From NCBI GenBank assembly GCA_017306715.1, contig JAFKHV010000017.1:5220-69219 (forward strand): 64,000 nt of DNA. Reading direction: 5' to 3'. Origin of the DNA: Legionella sp. (GTDB lineage: Bacteria > Pseudomonadota > Gammaproteobacteria > Legionellales > Legionellaceae). Each line of letters begins with the position of its first letter. Positions within the stretch are counted from its first letter, which is position 1. Both the position numbers and the translations under genes were made by a program. This document shows, piece by piece, positions 39,847 to 49,545 of the stretch. The notes under the pieces are model-generated. The model did not search any database. It saw only the letters and a program-made list of their open reading frames with translations, and had not been told where the DNA came from.

Positions 39847-42522
39847 TTAGGAGGCTAAATTACGTAAAACATACTGTAAAATCCCACCATTTTTGTAATA
39901 TTCGAGTTCATCAGCAGTATCAATACGGCATAATGCTTTGATTTCATCGGTTTCGCCATGAGCGCGCTCAATCTTAACCGCAATATGTGCGCCAGGTCGT
40001 AAACTTTCTGAGACATCGATGCTAATACGCTCGTCACCTTTAAGGTTCAAACTTTTACGATTCATGCCCTCAATAAATTGTAAAGGCAACACGCCCATAC
40101 CAATCAAGTTCGAGCGATGGATGCGCTCAAAGCTCTCGGTAATTACCACTTTAATACCGAGCAAATTCGTACCTTTGGCAGCCCAATCACGCGAGGATCC
40201 CGTACCATATTCTTTACCGGCAATGACAACCAACGACTGTTGTTCTTGTTGGTAACGCATCGCCGCATCATAAATCGACATCACCTCACCTGTGGGGATA
40301 AAGCGTGTTACACCACCTTCCTGTTCAGGGGTCATTTCATTACGAATACGGATGTTGGCGAATGTACCCCGCATCATCACCTCATGATTTCCTCGACGCG
40401 AACCATAGGAGTTAAAATCTTCTTCACGAACACCTTTAGATTTCAAATACAATCCAGCAGGAGAGTTCGCTTTAATCGAGCCCGCTGGAGAGATATGATC
40501 GGTGGTGATAGAATCGCCGAATAGGGCAATAATGTATGCTTTGTGAATGGGCTTTATGGTCTCAGGTTTGGGCTGAAGATTTTCAAAAAAAGGCGGATGC
40601 TGGATGTAGGTTGAGTCTGTATTCCATGCATACGTTTTTCCGGCAGTGGTTTTTATTGACTGCCAGTGCGCATCGCCCTCGAAAACTTCCGCATACTCTT
40701 TACGGAACATGGAGCCTGTAACTTTTGCGACCTCCGCAGCAATCTCTGCATTGGTAGGCCATATATCTTTTAAATAAACTTCATTACCATCCTTATCTTT
40801 ACCCAGTGACTCTTTTGCAAGATCCTGAGTGGTAGTACCACATAATGCATAAGCGACAACTAAGGGTGGAGAGGCGAGCCAGTTTGCTCGAACCTGAGGA
40901 TGAACGCGGCCCTCAAAATTGCGATTTCCGGATAGAACCGCTGAAACCACTAAATCGTTTTCGCTTATCGTATGGGCAATTGCATCAGGAAGTGGTCCTG
41001 AGTTACCGATACAGGTCGTGCAGCCATAACCAACCAAATTAAAGCCTAATTGGTCAAGATATGTTTGTAAGCCCGCTTGCTGCAAATAGTCTGTAACTAC
41101 TTTTGAGCCAGGTGCTAGGGAAGATTTTACCCAAGGCTTGCGTTGCAAACCTTTTTCAACTGCTTTTTTTGCGACTAAACCCGCGGCCATAAGCACGCTC
41201 GGATTTGAGGTGTTGGTACAACTGGTTATTGCAGCAATTACAACATTGCCGTGTTTCATTGAAAAGTCATGTCCTTTTACGGCATAAGTTTGTTCATGTT
41301 CACTGGCTTTACCTGCTTCTGTGAGAAATTTATCAAATTCTACAGGAAGGGTGTTTAAAGTTACCTTGTCTTGGGGGCGCTTAGGTCCTGCCAATGATGG
41401 GACAATTGTTCCCAAGTCTAATTCTAAGATATCAGTGAATACCGGGTCTTCCTGATTTGCGTCATACCACATTCCTTGAGCTTTGCAGTAGGCTTCTACT
41501 AAGGCAATGGTATGGGCATCACGACCGGTTAATTCCAGATAGCGTAACGTCTCTTTATCCACGGGAAAAAAGCCACAGGTCGCACCGTATTCTGGAGCCA
41601 TATTGGAGATGGTTGCTCGATCAGCAAGAGGTAAATCACTTAATCCTGGGCCATAGAATTCAACAAACTTTCCGACAACACCTTTTTTACGCAGCATTTG
41701 GGTTACAGTGAGTACTAAGTCCGTCGCAGTGATGCCTTCGTTCATTTTACCATGAAGCTTAAAGCCAATAACTTCAGGAATGAGCATGGATACAGGTTGA
41801 CCCAGCATTGCAGCTTCTGCTTCAATACCACCAACCCCCCAACCCAAAACTCCGAGGCCATTAACCATAGTAGTATGAGAGTCTGTGCCCACGAGTGTAT
41901 CTGGATATGCATAGTGCTCACCGTTGTCAGTACTGCACCAGACAGTTTTAGCCAAATACTCTAAATTGACCTGATGACAGATACCTGTACCAGGAGGAAC
42001 CACTCGAAAATTGTCAAACGCTTTTTGGCCCCAACGTAAAAATTCGTAGCGTTCGTTATTACGTTCCATTTCAATTTCAGTATTAATCTTTAAAGAGTCC
42101 TTAGTACCGAATTTATCAACCATCACGGAATGGTCTATGACTAAATCAACAGGAGAAAGTGGGGAAATCTTGTCGGCGTTGCCACCTAAAGCAACAATGG
42201 CATCCCGCATTGCGGCTAAATCTACCACGGCAGGCACACCAGTAAAATCCTGCATCAGCACGCGAGCAGGGCGGTAAGCAATCTCGTGCTGAGAGGTTTT
42301 TTGTTCAAGCCAGGCAGCAATTGCAGCTACATCTTTGGTAGTTACTGTATTGTTGTCTTCAAAGCGCAAGAGATTTTCAAACAGCACTTTAAGAGAATAC
42401 GGAAGACGGTTAATCCCTTTAAAATGCTTATTTTCTGCTTCTTTGAGACTGTAGTAATTGTAGACTTTTCCATCGACATTGAGTTGACATTTTGTGGATA
42501 AACTGTCATGGCCTACTTTCAT
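39847..42522 (-). CDS. acnA: Aconitate hydratase A
   Basis: 891 aa with aconitase Fe-S ligand regions ([20 protein letters not shown]) and a swivel domain. Unambiguous family pattern. Confidence 0.95.
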   Translation of the reverse strand: MKVGHDSLSTKCQLNVDGKVYNYYSLKEAENKHFKGINRLPYSLKVLFENLLRFEDNNTVTTKDVAAIAAWLEQKTSQHEIAYRPARVLMQDFTGVPAVVDLAAMRDAIVALGGNADKISPLSPVDLVIDHSVMVDKFGTKDSLKINTEIEMERNNERYEFLRWGQKAFDNFRVVPPGTGICHQVNLEYLAKTVWCSTDNGEHYAYPDTLVGTDSHTTMVNGLGVLGWGVGGIEAEAAMLGQPVSMLIPEVIGFKLHGKMNEGITATDLVLTVTQMLRKKGVVGKFVEFYGPGLSDLPLADRATISNMAPEYGATCGFFPVDKETLRYLELTGRDAHTIALVEAYCKAQGMWYDANQEDPVFTDILELDLGTIVPSLAGPKRPQDKVTLNTLPVEFDKFLTEAGKASEHEQTYAVKGHDFSMKHGNVVIAAITSCTNTSNPSVLMAAGLVAKKAVEKGLQRKPWVKSSLAPGSKVVTDYLQQAGLQTYLDQLGFNLVGYGCTTCIGNSGPLPDAIAHTISENDLVVSAVLSGNRNFEGRVHPQVRANWLASPPLVVAYALCGTTTQDLAKESLGKDKDGNEVYLKDIWPTNAEIAAEVAKVTGSMFRKEYAEVFEGDAHWQSIKTTAGKTYAWNTDSTYIQHPPFFENLQPKPETIKPIHKAYIIALFGDSITTDHISPAGSIKANSPAGLYLKSKGVREEDFNSYGSRRGNHEVMMRGTFANIRIRNEMTPEQEGGVTRFIPTGEVMSIYDAAMRYQQEQQSLVVIAGKEYGTGSSRDWAAKGTNLLGIKVVITESFERIHRSNLIGMGVLPLQFIEGMNRKSLNLKGDERISIDVSESLRPGAHIAVKIERAHGETDEIKALCRIDTADELEYYKNGGILQYVLRNLAS

Positions 42523-42732
42523 AAAAAGACTCCTGGAATTAAAAGGGGAATGATAGCTTAAATTTTATATTTTTTCATGGATTCTTGGTAACTTAATAGA
42601 TAAAAACCTTGCTTTGCAAGGGATCATAAAAACTGGATGCTTTACTCTATTAGTTTATTCTTTACATTCATAAAGACTAACGTAATATGTATTGAAAGGG
42701 ATGCTGTAATTTATACCGATTAGGGAGTTTCG

Positions 42733-44046
42733 ATGACCGAGTTAGCTCTAGCTTTAAGTTCTTTGTTGTGTTGTGATTTAACCCAGAATCGTCTGGATGA
42801 TGTAAAAGCAATGGATCAGGATCTGGATAGTGCAACTGAGGACAATTCTTCCACTGATGTAGGAGCTTTTCTACTGCTGTTGTCACAAATTCAATTGCCT
42901 CAAACTCCCGATCAGAATCGCGATTTTTTAAACCTTACCCAGGCCCATGAAGTGCAAGAGCCTACCTCTTCGTCCTCGGAAGCTGCGAGTTGCTGGGAAG
43001 ATAATATTGCAGTGACTTGGATAAATTCAGATTTTTACGAACAAAACTCTGCCAACGTATTGCTTGCACAAAATGCCGCAGTGGATATTGCGCAGCAATT
43101 AGTCGAACAGTCTGCGTCTACTAATACCGTGGAATATGAAAATTTAATAGACAATTCAATGCCTATAGACACTCAATCAGTTGAGACTTTAACTGCTCAA
43201 GCCGATGCGCAGATAGCACCAACAAATGCAGAAGCTCAGCTCATTAGCGACAAAATGGTATTGACCAAATTAAATCAAGAGACACCTTTTGCGCAAGAAA
43301 AAGATAAAGCAGTCGATATTTTGCGAAAAAACGTAGGAGTTCCAGTAACGAACTCGTCATTTACCAGTACCTCCCTGAAGCCTCAGGATCTTAGTGATCT
43401 TCCTGGGCCGCAAAATCAGTCTGATTCGGTATTGATATCTGCGCCCACTTCGGAAATCGTTTTTAATACAGATAATAACGAACAGATTTATTCTGAGTTA
43501 CCGTTAAGTGATATGGGCATGAATGCGGCTGATTTTCAGGATTCAGCTTTGTCGTCAACTTCCGTAACGACAGCAGCACCCATCAGTCAAAATCCAGAAA
43601 AAATGTTCGTTGCAATGCCTACTCTAACAATACCCGTACCCGTTGAGCATTCCCAATGGTCGCAACAATTGGCAGAGCATACCCTTTGGCTGGGACAAAC
43701 TGGACAGCAATCGGCTTTATTAAAATTGCATCCTGAGGAATTAGGACCCTTACAAATACACGTACAAGTTACTGAGAGCAATGCTGCAGTTCACATTACG
43801 AGTCCAACCCCGGAGCTTCGTGATCTAATAGATCAATCGGTCTTGCGTTTGCAAGAATTGATGGCCGAACAAGGATTAACGCTGGTGGAAGTTAATATAC
43901 AGGCCGGAGATGGACGCTCACAACAACGTTTTGTAGAGCCTGTACTCGCAAGCTTAGAGCCAGATGAACCTGAAGTTTTGGAGAATAATGCACTTTTTTC
44001 AAAAAAGACTCAGCGTTCCCAAAATTTAATTGACTATTTTGCTTAA
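42733..44046 (+). CDS. fliK: Flagellar hook-length control protein FliK
   Basis: Low-complexity Q/S/T-rich central region plus the conserved C-terminal Flg_hook domain (ALLKLHPEELGPLQIHVQVTESNAAVHITSPTPELRDLIDQSVLRLQELMAEQGL). Confidence 0.8.
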   Translation: MTELALALSSLLCCDLTQNRLDDVKAMDQDLDSATEDNSSTDVGAFLLLLSQIQLPQTPDQNRDFLNLTQAHEVQEPTSSSSEAASCWEDNIAVTWINSDFYEQNSANVLLAQNAAVDIAQQLVEQSASTNTVEYENLIDNSMPIDTQSVETLTAQADAQIAPTNAEAQLISDKMVLTKLNQETPFAQEKDKAVDILRKNVGVPVTNSSFTSTSLKPQDLSDLPGPQNQSDSVLISAPTSEIVFNTDNNEQIYSELPLSDMGMNAADFQDSALSSTSVTTAAPISQNPEKMFVAMPTLTIPVPVEHSQWSQQLAEHTLWLGQTGQQSALLKLHPEELGPLQIHVQVTESNAAVHITSPTPELRDLIDQSVLRLQELMAEQGLTLVEVNIQAGDGRSQQRFVEPVLASLEPDEPEVLENNALFSKKTQRSQNLIDYFA

Positions 44047-44053
44047 ATAAAAA

Positions 44054-44074
44054 AGCTCTTCTTAAAGAAGAGCT
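44054..44074. terminator. Hairpin between convergent fliK and a small secreted-protein gene
   Basis: AGCTCTTC (44054-44061) pairs with GAAGAGCT (44067-44074). An A-run precedes it on the plus strand, which is a T-run on the minus strand. That fits an intrinsic terminator best for the minus-strand gene. Confidence 0.6.
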
Positions 44075-44079
44075 TCGAA

Positions 44080-44397
44080 TTAGAAACGTCGATGATGTCG
44101 TGTGCAGGTATTCTTACAGCGAATTACACGACCGCTCCATCTATCAACGAGGCAACTTCGGCGGCAACCATGACCAACTGCTCGCCATCCAGTCCAATAG
44201 GTGCGGTTTGCGCGCGAATGTCTTGGGCCATGGTAAACATATCCTGGAGAGGTGTGATAGCCAACGAAATAAGCGAATTGTTGTCCTGTTACATTATCGG
44301 CAGCAGCTTTGCTACTATAAAAACTTCCTGCAAAGAGGAATAATGATAACAAGAGATAGGGGAGTGCTGAGCTGTGTCTTATTTTAGTTCGTTCCAT
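44080..44397 (-). CDS. Small secreted basic hypothetical protein
   Basis: The start at the ATG at 44397 has GGGAGAAATT upstream. Signal peptide MERTKIRHSSALPYLLLSLFLFAGSFYSSKAAA. The mature part is Arg/His/Trp/Cys-rich. Confidence 0.5.
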   Translation of the reverse strand: MERTKIRHSSALPYLLLSLFLFAGSFYSSKAAADNVTGQQFAYFVGYHTSPGYVYHGPRHSRANRTYWTGWRAVGHGCRRSCLVDRWSGRVIRCKNTCTRHHRRF

Positions 44398-44456
44398 AAT
44401 TTCTCCCTGTTTTTTATTCATCTTCAGTATAGAACATAATTATTTATTTAACACAG

Positions 44457-45314
44457 TTGGGGTTAAATGTGATCAGAAAAGTCATATTAATAACAGGATG
44501 CTCTTCGGGTATCGGATTAAATGCAGCAATACAATTAAATGAACAGGGTTATCAAGTTATTGCCTCATGTCGCAAAGCTGAGGATGTGGCACGATTACGC
44601 GCTTTAAATCTGCAAGCAGTGCAGTTGGATGTTAGCAATATGGAATCCATAAGGGCAGCCTTTGCGGAGGTGATGATTCTAACCTCGGGACGCTTGGATG
44701 TTCTCATCAATAATGCGGGTTATGGTCAAGTCGGTGCATTAGAGGATGTGTCCACTGAGGTATTAAGCCAACAATTTGCTACTAACGTTTTTGGTTTACA
44801 TGAGTTATATCGATTGGCTATACCCGTGATGCGGAAGCAGGGAAGTGGCAGGATCATTAATATTAGCTCCATTCTCGGTTTGGTAAGCCTTGCTTTTCGC
44901 GGTGCCTATTGTGCCTCTAAATATGCTGTTGAAGGATTAACAGATACTTTGCGTTTAGAACTTGCGTCCTCCGGCATCAAGGTTATAGCAATTGAACCTG
45001 GGCCAATCGAAAGTAATTTTCGTGATCGCTGTGTCGATGTATCCTTACAACTTATCGATCGCACCGAGTCTTTTTTTAGCAAGCAATACGCGGTGATGTT
45101 GGCTCGATACCAATCTCGAGCGAATGATTCCGTGTTTACCCTGAAACCCCAAGCAGTGATTGATAAAATCATCCATGCCATCGAAGCAAAGCGCCCCAAA
45201 CCCAAATATGTCATAACCTTTCCCGCTCATTTTATGGTTTTCTTAAAGAGGATATTAAGCAATCGTTTATTGCATCGATTTTTACTGCTCGCCTCGCGTC
45301 AGGATTTAGCTTAA
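44457..45314 (+). CDS. Short-chain dehydrogenase/reductase (SDR) family oxidoreductase
   Basis: ITGCSSGIGL (TGxxxGxG), NNAG and YCASKYAVEG (YxxxK). The true start may be the GTG at 44469. Confidence 0.85.
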   Translation: MGLNVIRKVILITGCSSGIGLNAAIQLNEQGYQVIASCRKAEDVARLRALNLQAVQLDVSNMESIRAAFAEVMILTSGRLDVLINNAGYGQVGALEDVSTEVLSQQFATNVFGLHELYRLAIPVMRKQGSGRIINISSILGLVSLAFRGAYCASKYAVEGLTDTLRLELASSGIKVIAIEPGPIESNFRDRCVDVSLQLIDRTESFFSKQYAVMLARYQSRANDSVFTLKPQAVIDKIIHAIEAKRPKPKYVITFPAHFMVFLKRILSNRLLHRFLLLASRQDLA

Positions 45315-45396
45315 ATATCTCGGGTTAGGAATTTTTTAAATTTGTTTGCTATGCTAAAGATGGTTAAAACCCAATAACAATCAAGGACGTTAAATC

Positions 45397-45594
45397 ATGA
45401 AAAAATCAACTATGGCTGTCGCTGCGCTGTTAACCGTACTTTCTGCTCCAGTTGTCTCTGTTGCTTATGCCGATGATATGGCTCCTTCGGCTACATCCAG
45501 CTGCCAGGGTTGCAAGGGTTGTGCTGGTCATTGCAATGGCTGCAAAGGTTGTTCTGGTGAAGCAACATGCAAAGGTAGTTGCGCAGGTGAGTAA
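45397..45594 (+). CDS. Exported Cys-rich mini-protein (25-aa signal peptide + 40-aa mature peptide with 8 Cys in CxxC spacing)
   Basis: AAGGA RBS. MKKSTMAVAALLTVLSAPVVSVAYA then DDMAPSATSSCQGCKGCAGHCNGCKGCSGEATCKGSCAGE. A hairpin follows. Confidence 0.6.
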   Translation: MKKSTMAVAALLTVLSAPVVSVAYADDMAPSATSSCQGCKGCAGHCNGCKGCSGEATCKGSCAGE

Positions 45595-45605
45595 TTGAAT
45601 CGACG

Positions 45606-45630
45606 TAAGGAGATGATAATTGTCTCCTTA
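45606..45630 (+). terminator. Hairpin directly downstream of the Cys-rich peptide gene
   Basis: TAAGGAGAT (45606-45614) pairs with GTCTCCTTA (45622-45630), including one G-U pair, across a 7-nt loop. T/A-rich sequence follows. The U-tract is weak. Confidence 0.4.
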
Positions 45631-45656
45631 TATACTTGTGCGATGAGCGTTTTTAC

Positions 45657-46367
45657 ATGATAACAGCGACCCCACCTTTTGCCTTACCTAGATTAAATGC
45701 CGCCAACAAAGAGCGCTATCTTCATTATGCGATGCAGATATTAGAAGCCCAAAAGCATATGCTTGGGGAGGACGGAAAAAATCTACTTCATTATCTACTT
45801 AAAAATCGTGAACGCTACGAGCGAATGACGCATTATCCGCAAGGAGACAGGATAGATTCTGTATCTGGTGCGCAATATTTTTATCACTGTCATCGAGAGA
45901 ACTTTGCCAGTACTGAGCATGGGCATTTTCACTGCTTTTTGCGGTATAAAAATATCCCAACAAGCATAAAACCTTCTGCTCTTAAAGATTGGGATTATTA
46001 TATTGAAAACCCAATGACACATATTATAGCGATAGCGATGAACCAAATGGGACAACCCATTCGTCTGTTTACAGTGAACCGATGGGTAACCTCTGAGATT
46101 TGGTATGATGCATCGAACATGAGTAAAATTATAAAGAATTATCAGCTTAATTTAACTCATTCCTACTGGAGTGTATTGGATCATTGGGTGGAAGGAATCA
46201 TCCATTTATTTACCCCCCAAATTACGTGGTTACATCGTCAACGTGACCGATACATGCAACATCAAATAGACTCAGGGAATGTGAATCCCTACACCGATCG
46301 CAGCCTGGAAGAGCTGTCCGAGTTATCCATCGACTTAAAAAAACAGATTGAGTGGGTGATTCAATAA
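45657..46367 (+). CDS. Conserved hypothetical protein with His-rich putative metal site
   Basis: HYPQGDRIDSVSGAQYFYHCHRENFASTEHGHFHCFLRY and NRWVTSEIW resemble a widespread proteobacterial domain of unknown function. I recall the pattern but not a validated function. I preferred the ATG at 45657 over the TTG at 45636. Confidence 0.55.
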   Translation: MITATPPFALPRLNAANKERYLHYAMQILEAQKHMLGEDGKNLLHYLLKNRERYERMTHYPQGDRIDSVSGAQYFYHCHRENFASTEHGHFHCFLRYKNIPTSIKPSALKDWDYYIENPMTHIIAIAMNQMGQPIRLFTVNRWVTSEIWYDASNMSKIIKNYQLNLTHSYWSVLDHWVEGIIHLFTPQITWLHRQRDRYMQHQIDSGNVNPYTDRSLEELSELSIDLKKQIEWVIQ

Positions 46368-46458
46368 GCTTACCGAGTAGTGTAACGCATTGTTTGCATA
46401 ATATTTGTTCTCCATTTTGTACTATAATTAGCATGCAATAATATAACGGAGTTTTTGC

Positions 46459-47352
46459 ATGTCCCCTCATCGCGCGCGGCCAAATAAACAAATTGAAATA
46501 ATTAGCCACCTCTACATGGAAATCATCAATGCAATGCCCAATATTGTCTACTGGATTGATAAAGAATGTCGTCTGCAAGGATGTAATAAAAAATTTCAGA
46601 AACTCCTGGGTTTGAATAAATTAAAGGATTTTGATGGCACTCCATACGATAAAATGCTCAATTTTGGTCGCTGGCCAGAGAAAATAGTAGATGAATTTAA
46701 GCTGGATGACATGAATGCGCTGTTTACTAAAGAAGCGGTTTTTGATAAGCAGGCCCCGGCAATAACTTTAAAACAAAAAACACATCACTTTCTTGTACAG
46801 CGTACACCTATGCACAATTTGGAAAAAGAGGTTATTGGTCTGATTGTAATATTGACAGAAAAAAATCTGGATTTAAAAACTGTTGAAATATCAAATAGTT
46901 TATCAGAACCGCAGCATGTAAAGATACCAACAGAAAGCAAAAATCAGTTACCCAACGTGCTGATGGTTGAAGATAATATAATCGCTCAGCAAGTTGAAAA
47001 GTCACTTCTTACCTCTCTAAACTGTACGGTAGACATTGCCGCCACCGCTGATGATGCAATTAATATATTTCAACCTGGAAAATATGATTTAGTATTGATG
47101 GATATTGGATTGGAAGATTCTTCTGGATACCTAGTAGCAAAAAAAATTCGTCAGAAAGAATCGAGTACCAAACATCATGTTCCCATCATTGCATTGACCG
47201 GATATGAAGCTGAGATCATTAAAGATGATTGTCAGCATTACTTCATGGAAGGAGCAATTACAAAACCGTTAACAAGTGAACAGGCCCAGCAGCTGATTCA
47301 ACACTTTATCTATCGCATGGATGTATCGGTCAATGGTTTGAAGAGAAACTAG
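46459..47352 (+). CDS. PAS-domain + receiver-domain response regulator (no DNA-binding output)
   Basis: N-terminal PAS-like MEIINAMPNIVYWIDKECRLQGCNKKF. C-terminal receiver: VLMVEDNII..., DLVLMDIGLEDSSG (phospho-Asp), IIALTG and ITKP. Confidence 0.75.
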   Translation: MSPHRARPNKQIEIISHLYMEIINAMPNIVYWIDKECRLQGCNKKFQKLLGLNKLKDFDGTPYDKMLNFGRWPEKIVDEFKLDDMNALFTKEAVFDKQAPAITLKQKTHHFLVQRTPMHNLEKEVIGLIVILTEKNLDLKTVEISNSLSEPQHVKIPTESKNQLPNVLMVEDNIIAQQVEKSLLTSLNCTVDIAATADDAINIFQPGKYDLVLMDIGLEDSSGYLVAKKIRQKESSTKHHVPIIALTGYEAEIIKDDCQHYFMEGAITKPLTSEQAQQLIQHFIYRMDVSVNGLKRN

Positions 47353-47390
47353 TTGTTTGTTATGATGCGTTATTTGCTGCATAAACCATC

Positions 47391-48506
47391 ATGACTTATC
47401 CGTCCAGACGCATACTTTCACTTGATGTATTTCGTGGACTCACGATGGTTTTAATGATCCTGGTGAATGGCCAGGGCACGCGCTCTATTTACCCCATCCT
47501 TGAGCACGCAACCTGGAATGGCTGTACTCTTGCGGATATCGTATTTCCTTCTTTTTTATTTATCGTTGGGGTAACGATTGCAGTCAGTTTGCGTCAGTAT
47601 GTGGCTCATGATTTTCATCTGCGCAAAGGTCTCCATTGGAATATTTTTAAACGAAGTATTCTATTATTCGCAATCGGATTATTTCTTAACGCGTTCCCAC
47701 TTCATGTCTATTGGGACCATTTGCGGCTTTTAGGAATTCTCCAACGTATTGCGCTCTGCTATTTGGTCTGCGCACTACTGTATTTACATGCGTCTGTACG
47801 CACCCAGGCACTTATTTTTCTATTGATACTCGCGGTTTTTGGTTTGTTGTATTTAGCGATACCGCTCCCTTATGGTTCTGCCAATACTTTGAGTATGGAT
47901 GCCAATTGGCCAGGATATATTGATGGCTATTTATTAACACCGCAACATATGTACAAAGCCCAATATGACCCAGAAGGGGTGCTCACGACCATTCCTGCGC
48001 TTGCCACAACCTTGTCCGGTCTTATGGTGGGGCAATTAATTTTGTGTGCAATTCCTGTTATAAGACAAGTCCAGATTTTATTGATTAGTTCCGGATTGAT
48101 GTTGTTATCCGGATGGTTGTGGAGTTTTGTGCTTCCCTTAAACAAAAATTTGGGGACCAGTTCCTTTGTATTGTGGACTTCAGGAGTCGCTACCGGGGTC
48201 TTTACTCTATGTTACTATCTCATCGATGTGCGTAAGAACACCTGGTGGACTAGACCGTTTCAAATTTTTGGTGTGAATGCTTTGTTCATTTTTATTATTC
48301 ACGTTGTCTTATTGAAGCTGCAATCCTTATTTGAATTACCCTTACGTGATGGCCGTATGGAAAATATGAGAGTGGCAATTGCTGATTATCTATTCGGCTT
48401 CACAACGCCAGAATGTGCCGGATTAGGCTATGCTGTTGTGTTTTTGATGCTTAATTTTTTGGTTGCCTGGTATCTTTATAAGAAAAAAATTTTTATTAAA
48501 CTTTAA
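47391..48506 (+). CDS. Integral-membrane acyltransferase, heparan-alpha-glucosaminide N-acetyltransferase-like (DUF1624/DUF5009 type)
   Basis: RILSLDVFRGLTMVLMILVN...ADIVFPSFLFIVGV and about 10 further hydrophobic helices. Confidence 0.7.
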   Translation: MTYPSRRILSLDVFRGLTMVLMILVNGQGTRSIYPILEHATWNGCTLADIVFPSFLFIVGVTIAVSLRQYVAHDFHLRKGLHWNIFKRSILLFAIGLFLNAFPLHVYWDHLRLLGILQRIALCYLVCALLYLHASVRTQALIFLLILAVFGLLYLAIPLPYGSANTLSMDANWPGYIDGYLLTPQHMYKAQYDPEGVLTTIPALATTLSGLMVGQLILCAIPVIRQVQILLISSGLMLLSGWLWSFVLPLNKNLGTSSFVLWTSGVATGVFTLCYYLIDVRKNTWWTRPFQIFGVNALFIFIIHVVLLKLQSLFELPLRDGRMENMRVAIADYLFGFTTPECAGLGYAVVFLMLNFLVAWYLYKKKIFIKL

Positions 48507-48621
48507 TATGCTTATCAAGCTTAAGTCTTAATTTTAGAGACTAAGCAGTGTATTGTTGATTCCATCGTACTTAGCTATAATCCCGCCCTGGTTCGTTCTC
48601 TTCACTTACGGAGTGTACTAC

Positions 48622-48891
48622 ATGCCTATTTACGAATATCAATGCACAAATTGTAATCAAAATTTCGATCTTCTACAGAAGATTAGTGATGAGCCGATTA
48701 AAGAATGCCCACAGTGTCATCAACAAAGTATGCAAAAATTAGTTTCTGCTGCGGGATTTCAACTCAAGGGCACAGGTTGGTATGCAACCGATTTTAAAAA
48801 TAAAGGAAAACCCGTAACCGAAACAGCATCCAGCGATGATCAGGGAACAAAAAAAAGTGATACGGGTACCTCATCAACGAGCTCTGATTAA
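48622..48891 (+). CDS. FmdB-family zinc-ribbon protein
   Basis: MPIYEYQCTNCNQNFDLLQKISDEPIKECPQCH with CxxC...CxxC. Conserved position upstream of DUF502 and aspS. Confidence 0.8.
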   Translation: MPIYEYQCTNCNQNFDLLQKISDEPIKECPQCHQQSMQKLVSAAGFQLKGTGWYATDFKNKGKPVTETASSDDQGTKKSDTGTSSTSSD

Positions 48892-48900
48892 GGACTACTT

Positions 48901-49536
48901 GTGAATAGTCGAATATTCCGTAGCTATTTATTGGCAGGACTTGCTGTATGGTTGCCTATTTTGGTAACCATGCTGGTATTACGTTTCATTATCGACATAC
49001 TCGATAGCTTTATCCCGCTTGCATATCAGCCAGAGCGTATCTTCGGCCATGCTATTCCCGGGATTGGCGTTTTATTTTCTCTGGTGCTCTTGCTAATCAC
49101 CGGAATGATTGCCACCAATTATATAGGCCAGAGGCTAGTTATTTGGAATGATGCCTTGTTTTCAAGGATTCCACTTGTTCGTTCTATTTATACCACCGCC
49201 AAGCAGGTGATTAATGCTTTATTTTCTACGAATAGTGAATCCTTTCGAAAAGTAGTCCTTCTTGAGTATCCACGTAAAGGATTGTGGAGCATTGCTTTTT
49301 TAACTGGAGGCTCTAATGAGCGTATAAATGAACAGATTGAACAGGACGTCGTCTCTGTTTTTATTCCCACTACACCCAATCCTACCTCAGGATTTTTACT
49401 GTTAGTTCCTAAAAGTGACGTAATCGAGTTGGAGATGGGAGTTGATGAGGCTCTTAAGTATATTATCTCTCTAGGTGTGATGCAGACTGGCGCTGCAACA
49501 AACACCCCAGGGAACAGTTTTAAACAGAATAAATAG
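48901..49536 (+). CDS. DUF502-domain membrane protein
   Basis: Two N-terminal TM helices and the IPLVRSIYTTAKQV and PTTPNPTSGFLLLVP motifs. GTG start. Confidence 0.8.
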   Translation: MNSRIFRSYLLAGLAVWLPILVTMLVLRFIIDILDSFIPLAYQPERIFGHAIPGIGVLFSLVLLLITGMIATNYIGQRLVIWNDALFSRIPLVRSIYTTAKQVINALFSTNSESFRKVVLLEYPRKGLWSIAFLTGGSNERINEQIEQDVVSVFIPTTPNPTSGFLLLVPKSDVIELEMGVDEALKYIISLGVMQTGAATNTPGNSFKQNK

Positions 49537-49545
49537 GCGGTTATT

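Noticed and set aside
42547-42563. GAATGATAGCTTAAATT upstream of acnA as a possible Fur box, since aconitase is an iron protein.
   Set aside because: Only the first half matches the GATAATGATAATCATTATC consensus. The second half-site is essentially absent.
42715-42722. ACCGATTA as a sigma-28 -10 element (GCCGATAA) for fliK.
   Set aside because: It ends only 10 nt before the fliK ATG and abuts the GGGAG RBS. A transcript starting downstream of it would lack the RBS. There is also no good TAAA -35 at the correct spacing.
45613-45660. 15-codon ORF (MIIVSLYTCAMSVFT) starting inside the hairpin after the Cys-rich peptide gene, considered as a possible leader peptide.
   Set aside because: It is very short and has no recognisable regulatory codon pattern. 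The AAGGAG preceding it is part of the hairpin stem, so this is most likely coincidence.
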